Assembly (NCBI GenBank): GCA_022824835.1
Contig: JAJDZB010000073.1
Location: forward strand, 23,933 to 87,932
Length of the DNA stretch: 64,000 nt
Source: Candidatus Poribacteria bacterium
GTDB lineage: Bacteria > Poribacteria > WGA-4E > WGA-3G
Reading direction: 5' to 3'
The translations under genes were made by a program, and so were the position numbers. Shown here one piece after another: positions 26,091-35,902 of the stretch; the first letter of the stretch is position 1, and every line of letters begins with the position of its first letter. The notes beneath the pieces are model-generated. The model was not told where the DNA came from. It saw nothing but the letters and a program-made list of their open reading frames with translations, and ran no database searches.

Positions 26091-26230
26091 ATTATTGTGG
26101 CGAAGGTATTGTCTTGCAGACAATATATAAACAGTGATATAATTTTCAAATCTCTTACAATCGTCCAAGACTATTTAAGGTCGGCAGTGAAGTAAAAACT
26201 GTGGCATCGTATCAGGATCGGAGTAGCATA

Positions 26231-27028
26231 ATGGAACAGATATTGACAATCGCTGGGTCGGACTCTGGAGGAGGGGCTGGAATTCAGGCGGATATCAAGG
26301 CGATCTCTGCAAATGGTGGGTTCGCGATGTCGGTCATTACATCGGTTACGGCACAAAACACTGTGGCTGTTACCGATGCTTATGATCTGCCGATACCTTT
26401 AATTGAAGCCCAGTTAGATGCTGTCTTTTCAGACTTTGACGTTGCAGGTGTAAAGACAGGTATGCTCTCATCGTCTTCAATTGTGGAAACGGTTGCGCGT
26501 AAACTGAAGACGTATAACCCAGAAGTGATTGTTGTTGATCCCGTGATGATTTCAAAGAGCAAGTTCCCGTTGTTGAAAGCGGAAGCCATTGATAGTCTGA
26601 AAAAATCCATTATTCCATTGGCAACACTACTAACGCCTAATATTTACGAGGCAGAACTGTTGGCAGATAAAGAGATACAGACAATTGATGATGCTAAGTC
26701 TGCAGCAAAAACAATATCGGAATTAGGGTGTGAGGCAGTTCTTGTTAAAGGTGGACATCTTGGCATTGAGAACGCGATAGATGTTCTATTCTGGAAAGGT
26801 GAATGGACATATTTTGAAGCGGAAAGGATTGAGACAAAAAATACACACGGGACAGGCTGTACTTATGCCTCAGCAATAGCAACACATCTTGCAGGTGGTA
26901 AGAGTTTAGATGAAGCGATTGATGCATCAAAAAGATATATAACGGATGCAATTAAACATGCGATAGATATAGGAAATGGCAATGGTCCGACTCACCATTT
27001 CTATTTTTTGAAACCGCCGATAGTATGA
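26231..27028 (+). CDS. thiD: Hydroxymethylpyrimidine/phosphomethylpyrimidine kinase
   Basis: ILTIAGSDSGGGAGIQADIK, VKTGML, VVDPVM, LLTPNIYEA, VKGGHL, THGTGCTYASAIA. ATG at 26231 preferred over the GTG at 26201. Confidence 0.9.
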   Translation: MEQILTIAGSDSGGGAGIQADIKAISANGGFAMSVITSVTAQNTVAVTDAYDLPIPLIEAQLDAVFSDFDVAGVKTGMLSSSSIVETVARKLKTYNPEVIVVDPVMISKSKFPLLKAEAIDSLKKSIIPLATLLTPNIYEAELLADKEIQTIDDAKSAAKTISELGCEAVLVKGGHLGIENAIDVLFWKGEWTYFEAERIETKNTHGTGCTYASAIATHLAGGKSLDEAIDASKRYITDAIKHAIDIGNGNGPTHHFYFLKPPIV

Positions 27029-27052
27029 TACATGTTCTAATGTCTATTATGA

Positions 27053-27448
27053 TTATAGTTTTTCAAGTGGTTGTCGTCCATCATATCCGCTATCAATTTC
27101 GTGCCAATAACCTATCTCCTTTTCACCATATCGCCAACATAGATATACTTCTCTTCCATCGCGCATGTGTGGAAAGTCGATTAAAGGGGGTTCAAGTCCT
27201 TTGATAAGACATCCCCGTTCCTCTATACGATCAATTATTCTTCTTATTTCCACTCCAACTTGTAGATGCGAAAAGGCGTTTTTGTCACCGCCATTAGAAG
27301 GTATAGCCTCAAAGAATGCGTCAAGTTCTGCGCGAAGGTTTTCCAACCCATCTTTTAGTTGGAGCAAGGCTCTCACGTGTCCTGTCAATTCGGGGATATA
27401 TTCATTTGCTTCTTCTACGGTGAAGTACTTTTTTTCCTGCATTGTCAT
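27053..27448 (-). CDS. DUF2203 family protein
   Basis: 131 aa, KYFTVEEANEYIPEL.., GCLIKGLEPPLIDFP...REVYLCWRYGE..IGYWHE, recalled from memory as the DUF2203 pattern. Confidence 0.6.
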   Translation of the reverse strand: MTMQEKKYFTVEEANEYIPELTGHVRALLQLKDGLENLRAELDAFFEAIPSNGGDKNAFSHLQVGVEIRRIIDRIEERGCLIKGLEPPLIDFPHMRDGREVYLCWRYGEKEIGYWHEIDSGYDGRQPLEKL

Positions 27449-27506
27449 CTCCTCACTGTTTTACATTAAAAATATATGAATTGGGAATTGTTGTCAAGCA
27501 TCAAAT

Positions 27507-27631
27507 TGGAAATGGAAGGGTGGAAGAGGGCAGGATGGGAAGGGTGGAAGGATGGAAGGGTGGAAGATTGGAAGATGGACGAGTGGAAGATTGGAAGGTT
27601 GGAAGAGTGGAAGATGGAAGGTTGGAAGAAG
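27507..27631 (+). repeat. Purine-rich TGGAAG(N2) tract, locus A
   Basis: TGGAAGAT/TGGAAGGT/TGGAAGAG units with a roughly 8-nt period. About 17 GGA triplets by my count. Lies upstream of murJ. Confidence 0.9.
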
Positions 27632-27665
27632 TTTTGATGTCTTATAATCTGTCTCTTATATCATA

Positions 27666-29312
27666 ATGGAAGAAAATGACCAGATTACCTCCACGGAACA
27701 GAACCAGAATGTTGCTCGTGCTGCGGCGATTGTTAGTTTAGCAGTGATGGGTTCACGTTTGCTTGGTCTTGCGCGTGAAATGGCGATCTTTTACTATTTT
27801 AAGACGAAACTTGCCGCGCCAGCCTTTCATCTTGCTTTTCGTATCCCTAATTTCCTGCGTGATATGTTCGGTGAGGGTATTCTAAGCAAAGCGTTTATCA
27901 CAACCTTCATCGCTACTGAAACAGAGGAGGGGGAGGCAGCCGCTTGGGACCTCGCAAATCGTATTTTTAATCTGGTCGTTATTGTTCTGACCGGCATTGT
28001 TATTTTGGGTATCGTGTTTTCCCCCGCTATAGTTGATGTTTTAGCACGTGAAGACTTTGATGAGGTATTAGATTCGGGAAAACACTATGGGTTTGATACT
28101 AAAGTTGAGTTGACGATCTATCTAACGCAATTAATGTTCCCTTACCTTCTGTTTGTATCCCTTGCTGCTATTGCGATGGGACTGCTTAACAGTAAAGGTA
28201 GATTTGGTATACCTGCTTGTGCTTCCTCGTTTTTCAACCTGAGTTCACTTGTTATAGGTATTAGCGGATATTATCTATTTCAACGTATAGATATGCACCC
28301 GACAACGGGGATGGCAGTTGGTGTGCTTGTTGGGGGTATACTTCAATTGCTTATACAAGTTCCGTCAATGTACCGGGTCGGATATCGGTATAGACCGCTG
28401 CTTAGTTTTACAGAACCGCGGGTTGTTGAAGTGCTAAAATTAGTTGGTCCGGCTATTTTGGGGGTTGCTGCAGTTCCGATTAATCAGCTGACAAATACGT
28501 GGTTTATCACATCTGGTGATGAATGGTTAGCTTGGATTCAAGGTGCGTATCGAATAATGCACTTTCCACTCGGTATGTTTGGTGTGGCGATATCAACGGT
28601 TGTTTTACCGCAACTTGCAAAATATGCGAATTCAGATAGTTTGCCTGAGTTTCGCGATTCGTTATCTTATGCATTACGTTTGATGCTGACAGTGATTTTA
28701 CCTGCGTCAATTGGTCTGATGATATTGGCAGAACCGATCTGTAGATTACTTTATGAACGCGGGGCATTTACGGGTACAGATACAGTTGCAACAGCAAATG
28801 TTCTGTTCGTTTATGCATTTGGTTTGTGTGGTTTTTCTGCGCTGAAGATTGTTACGGATGGTTTTTATGCTTTCAAAGATATCCGTGCACCCGTAATTGT
28901 TAGTCTATGCGGTGTTGTTCTTAATATCTGTATGAACTACATGTTTATATTTCAAGGGTTTTGGTTGAATGAACGTGCAATAGTGTTTTCAACTGTGGTA
29001 ACTGTGACACTGAACAGTTCCGTTTTGTTGTTCCTACTGAGACGTAGAATAAATAAAATAGGGTTTAATTCGGTGCTAAAGGTCGCATTGAAAGTACTAT
29101 GTGCATCTGTGGTGATGGGGGTGGTATGTTGGGTATCCAATGGGTTTATAGAGAAGGATTGGCTTGGAACAGAGGGTATAGTGTCGCGTATGCTGAATGT
29201 ATTCCTCCCGATTGGGTTGAGTGTTCTGACGCTTGCGGGGATGTATAAGGCACTAAAAGTATCGGAGTTTGATGACATATTGCACATTGTTAAACAGAGA
29301 CTGAAACATTAG
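27666..29312 (+). CDS. murJ: Lipid II flippase MurJ
   Basis: Polytopic membrane protein, N-terminal [27 protein letters not shown].. and [14 protein letters not shown] motifs typical of MurJ/MviN. Confidence 0.9.
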   Translation: MEENDQITSTEQNQNVARAAAIVSLAVMGSRLLGLAREMAIFYYFKTKLAAPAFHLAFRIPNFLRDMFGEGILSKAFITTFIATETEEGEAAAWDLANRIFNLVVIVLTGIVILGIVFSPAIVDVLAREDFDEVLDSGKHYGFDTKVELTIYLTQLMFPYLLFVSLAAIAMGLLNSKGRFGIPACASSFFNLSSLVIGISGYYLFQRIDMHPTTGMAVGVLVGGILQLLIQVPSMYRVGYRYRPLLSFTEPRVVEVLKLVGPAILGVAAVPINQLTNTWFITSGDEWLAWIQGAYRIMHFPLGMFGVAISTVVLPQLAKYANSDSLPEFRDSLSYALRLMLTVILPASIGLMILAEPICRLLYERGAFTGTDTVATANVLFVYAFGLCGFSALKIVTDGFYAFKDIRAPVIVSLCGVVLNICMNYMFIFQGFWLNERAIVFSTVVTVTLNSSVLLFLLRRRINKIGFNSVLKVALKVLCASVVMGVVCWVSNGFIEKDWLGTEGIVSRMLNVFLPIGLSVLTLAGMYKALKVSEFDDILHIVKQRLKH

Positions 29313-29344
29313 AGACTAAAATAGGCAGATTAGACGAGGAGAAG

Positions 29345-30124
29345 ATGTTAACAAAACGAATAATTCCATGTTTAGATGTCCGTGCTGGCAAGGTTACCAA
29401 AGGAATTGCTTTCAAAGGAAATGTAGATGTTGGTGATCCTGTTGAGATGGCACGGTTTTACTATGAGAGTGGTGCAGATGAGCTTGTCTTTTACGACATC
29501 ACTGCCAGTAACGAAGGTCGAGACATTATGATTGATGTTGTCTCCTCTGTTGCAGCAGAGATATTCATACCGTTTTCTGTCGGTGGAGGCTTGCGGACGC
29601 TTGAAGACATGCGTCGAGTTTTACTGGCGGGAGCAGAGAAGGTCAGCATAGATTCAGGGGCAGTACGGAATCCTCAGATAATCGCTGAAGGTGCACATGC
29701 CTTTGGAAGTCAATGTGTTGTTTTGAGTATGCAAGTAAAAAAAGTTCCAAAACATGAAAAGATACCGAGTGGATATGAAATCTTTATTGATGGTGGACGA
29801 ACACCGGTCGGTTGGGATGCGTTGGAGTGGTCGGTACGTGGTGTTGAATTAGGGGCAGGTGAAATCGTGGTAAATAGCATTGATGCTGATGGCACAAAAG
29901 CTGGATATGAATTGGGGTTAACAGGTGCGATTGCTGATCTTGTGCCGGTCCCAGTTATTGCATCTGGAGGAGCCGGGAATCCTCAGCATCTTCGTGATGT
30001 ATTTGTGGACAGTAATGCGGATGCGGCAATTGTTGCCTCAATTACACATTATGGAGAATTCACCATTGCGGGAATTAAAGACTACCTAAAGTCTCACAAC
30101 GTCAGTATACGGGATACTTGGTAA
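29345..30124 (+). CDS. hisF: Imidazole glycerol phosphate synthase cyclase subunit
   Basis: [51 protein letters not shown]. Confidence 0.95.
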   Translation: MLTKRIIPCLDVRAGKVTKGIAFKGNVDVGDPVEMARFYYESGADELVFYDITASNEGRDIMIDVVSSVAAEIFIPFSVGGGLRTLEDMRRVLLAGAEKVSIDSGAVRNPQIIAEGAHAFGSQCVVLSMQVKKVPKHEKIPSGYEIFIDGGRTPVGWDALEWSVRGVELGAGEIVVNSIDADGTKAGYELGLTGAIADLVPVPVIASGGAGNPQHLRDVFVDSNADAAIVASITHYGEFTIAGIKDYLKSHNVSIRDTW

Positions 30125-30157
30125 TCCATAAAATGGAACGACATTTAAAGAAATAGG

Positions 30158-30187
30158 TTGTAAAACCAGGTAGAGATTAGGTATAAT
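30158..30187 (+). promoter_or_regulatory. Candidate sigma-70 promoter for gmhA
   Basis: TTGTAA-18 nt-TATAAT. Confidence 0.4.
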
Positions 30188-30298
30188 TTTTTAGATAAAC
30201 AGTAAAGAACAATACAAAGCCAGGTGTCGGATATAGTTGGATTTTCCCTCCAACATTACAACAAGTTACTTACTTCAGTTCTATAGACGAGTACTAAA

Positions 30299-30886
30299 AT
30301 GGATATACAATACAGCATACGGAATTCACTCATAGATGCCCAAAACACACTCAACGATTTTATTAATAACACAGACAATATAACGGTCATATCGGAGATT
30401 GCGTCTTTATTACAAGAGGTGTTTACACAGAACCGTAAAGTATTCACTTGTGGTAATGGGGGTAGTATGTGTGATGCAATGCACTTTGCTGAAGAATGTA
30501 CTGGAAGATTTCGCCATAATAGACGACCCCTTCCTGTTATTGCTCTCAGTGATGTTGCACATATCACTTGCACAGCGAATGACTATGACTTTGCGGATAT
30601 TTTTGTTCGTTCCATTTTAGCACTTGGTAACCCAGGTGATCTGTTGATTGCAATTTCTACAAGTGGAAACTCGGAGAATGTCGTCCGAGCAGCAGAGGCA
30701 GCAAGGTCACGGCAGATGTATGTTTTCGGTTTGATTGGACAAGACGGTGGTCAGCTGAGGGGGCATTGTGATAAATATATAATTGCCCCTGGGGATACTG
30801 CGGATCGCACACAAGAAATCCATATTAAGGTTTTGCATATACTCATTGAACAGGTGGAAAGACTTATGTTTCCAGAGAATTATTGA
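30299..30886 (+). CDS. gmhA: D-sedoheptulose 7-phosphate isomerase (SIS domain)
   Basis: CGNGGSMCDAMHFAEECTGRF, PVIALSD..HITCTANDYDF, ISTSGNSENV, QEIHIKVLHIL. Confidence 0.85.
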   Translation: MDIQYSIRNSLIDAQNTLNDFINNTDNITVISEIASLLQEVFTQNRKVFTCGNGGSMCDAMHFAEECTGRFRHNRRPLPVIALSDVAHITCTANDYDFADIFVRSILALGNPGDLLIAISTSGNSENVVRAAEAARSRQMYVFGLIGQDGGQLRGHCDKYIIAPGDTADRTQEIHIKVLHILIEQVERLMFPENY

Positions 30887-30963
30887 CAGGATTGTGTGAG
30901 TCTGTTAGAATCTCGTCATACCATTTATGGTAAATTTTTGAATTAATTATACAGTCTGTACCA

Positions 30964-31035
30964 GTGCGGTTGGGAAACCGCACCTACCGTGGTCCGAAAG
31001 ACATTATGTTCGGTTAGGAAACCGAACCTACCGGG
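30964..31035. repeat. Two REP-like hairpin cores (GCGGTTGGGAAACCGCACCTACCG; TTCGGTTAGGAAACCGAACCTACCGGG)
   Basis: Same core as inside the MITE copies and at 15729-15752, 53841-53958, 63749-63808 and 39853-39867 (partial). Confidence 0.85.
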
Positions 31036-31096
31036 GGTGCTGTAGCACAAAAGTGCCTCACTAATTGTATGTTTTACTATAAAAGACAATTGTAAA

Positions 31097-32803
31097 ATGC
31101 GGACAGAATTTTCAAATAGCACACGTTGTCAAAATATAAAGACACTCAAAACGGAACCGTTAGATGTATTGGTTATCGGTGGCGGTATTGTAGGTGCTGG
31201 TTTGATCCGAGACATGGCATTAAACGGTGATATCAAAGTAGGATTGATTGAGCAGGGTGATTTTGCCTGCGGTACAAGTGGTGCCAGTTCTCAATTAATT
31301 CATGGTGGGTTCCGTTATATTGCCAAACGCGATATTGCGCTTGTTAAGCAGTCTCGTAAGGAGCGAGAGACCTTAACACATATCGCGCCTAATCTTGTAA
31401 AACCTATCCCGTTAGCCATTCTTCGCTATAAAGGTGACCCGTATCCGCTTGCAGGTATCCGTCTTGCAGCACAATACTATAATCATCTATCAAAATCGGA
31501 TGCATCCGAGAAAGCAAAGTTACATATTGATACTGATAAAATTCAGTCTAAAGTTGGTCCTATTTCAACTGATGGCTTAAAAGGTTGCGTTGTGCTATGG
31601 GATAGCATTGTTGACGATGCCAGATTGACTCTTGCAACGATAAAAGATGCACATTTACATGGCGGTGTAATTGCAAATTACGTAGCGTTTGTTGAGTATG
31701 TTTCTATCCCAAATCCGCCAGAGACTATGTATCGTGTCTTAGCAAAAGATTGTATAACGGATGAGTGTTTTGAGATTTGTGCCAGGAAGATAGTTTCAAC
31801 AACTGGGCCGTGGACAGACATGTTGTGGCAGAAAGACCCAAGCTATAATGGTAAACTACGATTGGAGAAAAAGAACGCTAAAGGAATTCATCTGTTATTG
31901 CCGCGTTGTACTAAAGTTGACCCTACTGATAATTATGGGATTGTTGCCTTAACACAATCTGAAAAGCAGCAAAATGCAAAGCAACGCGCAATCTTTGTTC
32001 TACCAGGCGATGATAATACATCTATAGTTGGAACAACAGAAACAACGCCTGAAGGTGATCCGAAGGATGTTCGTCCATCCGCTGATGAAGTCGCATATTT
32101 GCTTGCTGAGGCAAAAAGACTTTTCCCAAGTATGTCATTAAATCAGAATTCAATTATCGGTACTTATGCCGGTATACGTCCCCTGATTGCTAATAATCAG
32201 ACAAAACTGATAGGTGATAGCAAGAATTTTGTTTCAAGAGAACATTTGATAACTGAAAGTCCAAGTGGTATTCTGTATGTATATGGTGGAAAACTCACTA
32301 CACACCGGCTTATAGCGGAAGAGACAGTAGATTATATTGCAGATTTTTTGAGTGTGCCTCGTACTTGTAAGACTGCACACTGTCCATTACCGAGTGCGAA
32401 TTCAGATGTAATCGTTCCTGATGCTCCCAACCGAGTGGACAACAGACGTAGGCAATCTATAGCGGTAGATCGAGAACGGCTTATTCAGAGATACGGCTAC
32501 ATCGGTTATCTAAGTATTCAGGAATTAGTTAACCGTGATGCTAGTCTGGCAGAACGTATGACAGACGATCATCCTTTTTTGAAAGCGGAAATCCTCTATG
32601 CTTTCACTGGAGAAATGGCAATAACGCTTGATGACGTGTTGTGGAGAAGGACACGTATTGGATGGACTCAAGGACAAGGTTTAGATAGTGCAGAGCAGAT
32701 AGTAGACTTTATCAGTAAGAACAACAATTGGAGTGATACGAGGAAACTTGAGGAAATAGAGAGATATAAACAGCACATTGAATGGTTGAATCAACATTTA
32801 TAG
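31097..32803 (+). CDS. glpD: FAD-dependent glycerol-3-phosphate dehydrogenase
   Basis: DVLVIGGGIVGAG dinucleotide fold, SSQLIHGGFRY, GGKLTTHRLIAEE, C-terminal helical domain. Confidence 0.8.
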   Translation: MRTEFSNSTRCQNIKTLKTEPLDVLVIGGGIVGAGLIRDMALNGDIKVGLIEQGDFACGTSGASSQLIHGGFRYIAKRDIALVKQSRKERETLTHIAPNLVKPIPLAILRYKGDPYPLAGIRLAAQYYNHLSKSDASEKAKLHIDTDKIQSKVGPISTDGLKGCVVLWDSIVDDARLTLATIKDAHLHGGVIANYVAFVEYVSIPNPPETMYRVLAKDCITDECFEICARKIVSTTGPWTDMLWQKDPSYNGKLRLEKKNAKGIHLLLPRCTKVDPTDNYGIVALTQSEKQQNAKQRAIFVLPGDDNTSIVGTTETTPEGDPKDVRPSADEVAYLLAEAKRLFPSMSLNQNSIIGTYAGIRPLIANNQTKLIGDSKNFVSREHLITESPSGILYVYGGKLTTHRLIAEETVDYIADFLSVPRTCKTAHCPLPSANSDVIVPDAPNRVDNRRRQSIAVDRERLIQRYGYIGYLSIQELVNRDASLAERMTDDHPFLKAEILYAFTGEMAITLDDVLWRRTRIGWTQGQGLDSAEQIVDFISKNNNWSDTRKLEEIERYKQHIEWLNQHL

Positions 32804-32819
32804 TTAACACAGTAGAAGC

Positions 32820-33839
32820 ATGAATTGGTTCCGTTTCGGTAATCCGGATTTTCTGACTTACATTTTATTCGGGTTGCCTATTTTTTTAATTCTGTTACGA
32901 TTCGGTTGGCAAAGAAAACAGAAAGCCATATTGCTTTACCAAAGCAGTATCCGTGCTGCTGACATAAAACGACAGAAGGCGCAAATCGTATTGTTGATCT
33001 TGATATGCCTTGTTCTATTTCTTTCACTTACATTTCCACAGTGGGGGAAAAAACCTGAAACTGTCGCTGAAAAACTGGATGTGATGTTGGCACTGGACAC
33101 CTCTACGAGTATGCTTGCTACGGATGGTGATTCTGTGCGTAGGCTTACGCATGCAAAAGAGGTGATTTTTGAACTGCTGGATCAATTACACGGTGACCGT
33201 GTCGGACTCCTCTATTTCGCTGAAGCAGGCGTTGTCGTATGTCCACTGACAGACGATGTTAGCACTATCAAAGAGTTTTTGGCTGCGTTGACACCCGATT
33301 CACTGGTTCATCGTGGGACTCGTATAGGCAATGCAATAGAGGTTGCAAAGGAACGCTTCATTCGTGAAGGTAACGATTCTGTTCCTACCATGACAAATTC
33401 AAGTGGACATAAGGTTCTTATTCTATTTACCGATGGTGAGGACCACGGTGAGGATGTATCTGATTCAGTGGCAGCAGCGAAGATGGAGGGAATATCTATC
33501 TTCTGTATCGGTTTTGGTGATTCTGGCAAGTCTGTACCTATTCCGCTGCCTGATGAAAGCATGGGATACAAACGGGATACAAGAGGTCAACTGGTTTTAA
33601 CGACATTAAATGAAGAGGGGTTGTTTGAATTAGCGAAGTCTGGTAATGGGAACTACTATCACGCAGATATAGGTATTTCTCAGTTGATCTCAGATTTATC
33701 AAGGATTGAGAAGCAGAGATATAAGATTACTTCAGATGGTGAATTGCAAGATAGATTTCAATGGTTTATCTTCATTGCAATAGTGCTATTAGTGGGAGAA
33801 TTACTTATGCAGCATTGGAGAATGCGTGCTGATAATTGA
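32820..33839 (+). CDS. Membrane-anchored von Willebrand factor A protein (BatA-like)
   Basis: Two N-terminal TM helices, MIDAS LDTSTSM, ILFTDGEDH, C-terminal TM helix. Confidence 0.7.
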   Translation: MNWFRFGNPDFLTYILFGLPIFLILLRFGWQRKQKAILLYQSSIRAADIKRQKAQIVLLILICLVLFLSLTFPQWGKKPETVAEKLDVMLALDTSTSMLATDGDSVRRLTHAKEVIFELLDQLHGDRVGLLYFAEAGVVVCPLTDDVSTIKEFLAALTPDSLVHRGTRIGNAIEVAKERFIREGNDSVPTMTNSSGHKVLILFTDGEDHGEDVSDSVAAAKMEGISIFCIGFGDSGKSVPIPLPDESMGYKRDTRGQLVLTTLNEEGLFELAKSGNGNYYHADIGISQLISDLSRIEKQRYKITSDGELQDRFQWFIFIAIVLLVGELLMQHWRMRADN

Positions 33840-33867
33840 TATTTTCAGAGAACGCGTAATGTACTGC

Positions 33868-34878
33868 TTATGATTTTTTGTACATCAAACCAGAAGGACG
33901 GAAACGCATTAATAGAACTAAGATTATTCCAAAGATGAGCATACGGGATCCGGCGATTTCAGGATGATTTTTTAGAGCCACACGTAGTATTTCACCTAAC
34001 GAACCAAGAACGGCAGCACCTAACATTGCCCCCCTGATGCTTCCCATGCCACCCAAGACGACCATGCAGAGTATGAAGATGGATTCCCAGAACTCAAAAA
34101 ATGGTGCGCTGAAACTGACTTGAAATTGTGCTAAGAATGCCCCGCCAATGCCACCTATTGCAGCACTTACTGCAAAAGCCAAGGACTTATAACGACCAAC
34201 ATTTATCCCCATGCTTTCTGCAGCTTGCTCATCTTCTCGAATTGCAACCCATGCCCTACCAACTCTTGAGTCTTGTAGCCTATAGGTAACGAAAATGACT
34301 AAAGCCAATAGAATTAATATGTGGTAGTAGTCGTGCCAGTTTTGGGAGAAAGAAATAGATGTGAATGGTATTGTCGGTGTTGGAATACCACGCAATTGAC
34401 CGTTAGGAACGCCACCTGTCAACCACGTCTCATTTCTAACGATACGGAAGAATAGCTCAGCAAAACCGAAAGTAACGATGGCGAAGTAGTCCCCGGTGAG
34501 GCGTAAGGTAGGGATTCCTCGTAATAGACCCCATGCAGTTGCATGCACCACTGCCAATGGTAACGCAATCCAGTAATGAACACCATGAAGTGACATAAGT
34601 ATGCCTGCCGTATACCCGCCGATGAGATAAAAAGCAACATATCCCAGATCAAGCAGACCCGTAAAACCGCAAACAATGTTGAGTCCAATAGCAAGCAGCA
34701 TATAGAGACATGCGCGGACGACAATCCGCAGAATATAATCAGCACCGAGCCAACCGAAACTGATCCTGTATTGATCTATTAATAGACTACTAATTTCATC
34801 AATGCCGAACAGGAACCAGGGTAGTGAACAGATGGCAACACAGAGAATGATGTTCCTTGGGGTAAGTTTATCCTTCAT
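33868..34878 (-). CDS. livM: Branched-chain amino acid ABC transporter permease (LivM type)
   Basis: Polytopic. GLLDLGYVAFYLIGGY, LRLTGDYFAIVTFGFAE, MGSIRGAMLGA. Confidence 0.85.
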   Translation of the reverse strand: MKDKLTPRNIILCVAICSLPWFLFGIDEISSLLIDQYRISFGWLGADYILRIVVRACLYMLLAIGLNIVCGFTGLLDLGYVAFYLIGGYTAGILMSLHGVHYWIALPLAVVHATAWGLLRGIPTLRLTGDYFAIVTFGFAELFFRIVRNETWLTGGVPNGQLRGIPTPTIPFTSISFSQNWHDYYHILILLALVIFVTYRLQDSRVGRAWVAIREDEQAAESMGINVGRYKSLAFAVSAAIGGIGGAFLAQFQVSFSAPFFEFWESIFILCMVVLGGMGSIRGAMLGAAVLGSLGEILRVALKNHPEIAGSRMLIFGIILVLLMRFRPSGLMYKKS

Positions 34879-34904
34879 AATTATCCTTTTTATTGGATTT
34901 TTAC

Positions 34905-35825
34905 CTATGCACGTTTGCTTGTTGCTTTTCCAAATAGACCTGTTGGACGAATCAATATTACGAGTATCATGATGATGTACGCAAATGCGATCCTATAACC
35001 TGAGTGAAGATCAGCACCAAATGCCTCTGCAATACCTATGAGTAACCCTCCGACTATTGCCCCTGTGACGCTGCCGATACCCCCCAGCACTGCTGCTGCG
35101 AACGCTGCAACCCCTTTATAGTACCCCATTTGAGGATTAACATTCTCACTCAGTCCAACCATCACGCCGGCAACTGCCCCTAATGCAGAGCCGATTGCAA
35201 AAGTTGCTAAAATCACTCTATTTGCATTAATACCCATAAGATTGGCTGCGGTGGCATTCTGTGCACATGCTCGCATAGCCTTTCCTATTCTTGTATAGTA
35301 TATCAAAAAGTTGAGAATGATCATCAGCACTACAGCAATCAGCAGAATAAAAACATCCCGATAAGGCAGTGTACCGCCCCCTGGTAGAGGAATTGCGTTA
35401 ATCACCTCACCGGTCATGCTTATTCCACTGACAAAGAATGATGGGAGATCATCTGATGGATAGGTTTTAGGGGTTGCAGACCAGATTATCCGTGCAAGGT
35501 TCTGAAGTGTAATCGAAATTCCAATTGCAGTTATCAATGCAGACAAACGGGGGGCAGTACGAAGGGGACGATAGGCTACATAATCAATCAACATGCCTAA
35601 CAGTGCACATAGCAACATGGCTAACGGCAATGCAAACCAAAACGGAATGTGAAATACGGTGATAAGGATCAGTCCGAAGTAGGCACCGAACATGTAGATT
35701 TCGCCGTGTGCGAAGTTTATAAGTTGGATGATGCCGTAAACCATGGTGTAACCAACGGCTATAAGCGCGTAGATGCCACCCTGAACCAAACCGTTGATTA
35801 ATTGTTCAAATAACTGTGCCCACAT
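34905..35825 (-). CDS. livH: Branched-chain amino acid ABC transporter permease (LivH type)
   Basis: LINGLVQGGIYALIAVGYTMVYG..INFAHGE, GGIGSVTGAIVGG. Confidence 0.85.
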   Translation of the reverse strand: MWAQLFEQLINGLVQGGIYALIAVGYTMVYGIIQLINFAHGEIYMFGAYFGLILITVFHIPFWFALPLAMLLCALLGMLIDYVAYRPLRTAPRLSALITAIGISITLQNLARIIWSATPKTYPSDDLPSFFVSGISMTGEVINAIPLPGGGTLPYRDVFILLIAVVLMIILNFLIYYTRIGKAMRACAQNATAANLMGINANRVILATFAIGSALGAVAGVMVGLSENVNPQMGYYKGVAAFAAAVLGGIGSVTGAIVGGLLIGIAEAFGADLHSGYRIAFAYIIMILVILIRPTGLFGKATSKRA

Positions 35826-35902
35826 ATACTTGACTTTCTATGTATCGGAAATAGAGATTTAGATAAGGGTCAATTCAAAAAACGTGTCATTCTATAGTTC
35901 GT

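Noticed and set aside
25243-26230. Chromosomal replication origin at the strand-switch gap.
   Set aside because: There is no dnaA or dnaN nearby and only weak single matches to the TTATCCACA box. The window contains several other strand switches. I cannot compute GC skew reliably by eye. It is kept only as a low-weight alternative inside a finding.
25700-26230. TPP (THI-box) riboswitch upstream of thiD.
   Set aside because: I could not find the conserved CUGAGA...ACCUGAUCUGGAUAAUGCCAGCG-type core. The only CTGAGG lies inside a duplicated repeat unit.
27442-27666. ORF-track protein of 74 aa (..GWKGGRLEDGRVEDWKVGRVEDGRLEE..).
   Set aside because: It is a translation of the TGGAAG repeat tract. 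It shows compositional periodicity only, has no RBS, and the same repeat at two other loci is not in a conserved frame.
30256-30573. ORF 30256..30573 (-) antisense to gmhA, and ORF 30399..30620 (+) in an alternative frame.
   Set aside because: gmhA has unambiguous SIS-domain motifs in its own frame, so these are shadows.
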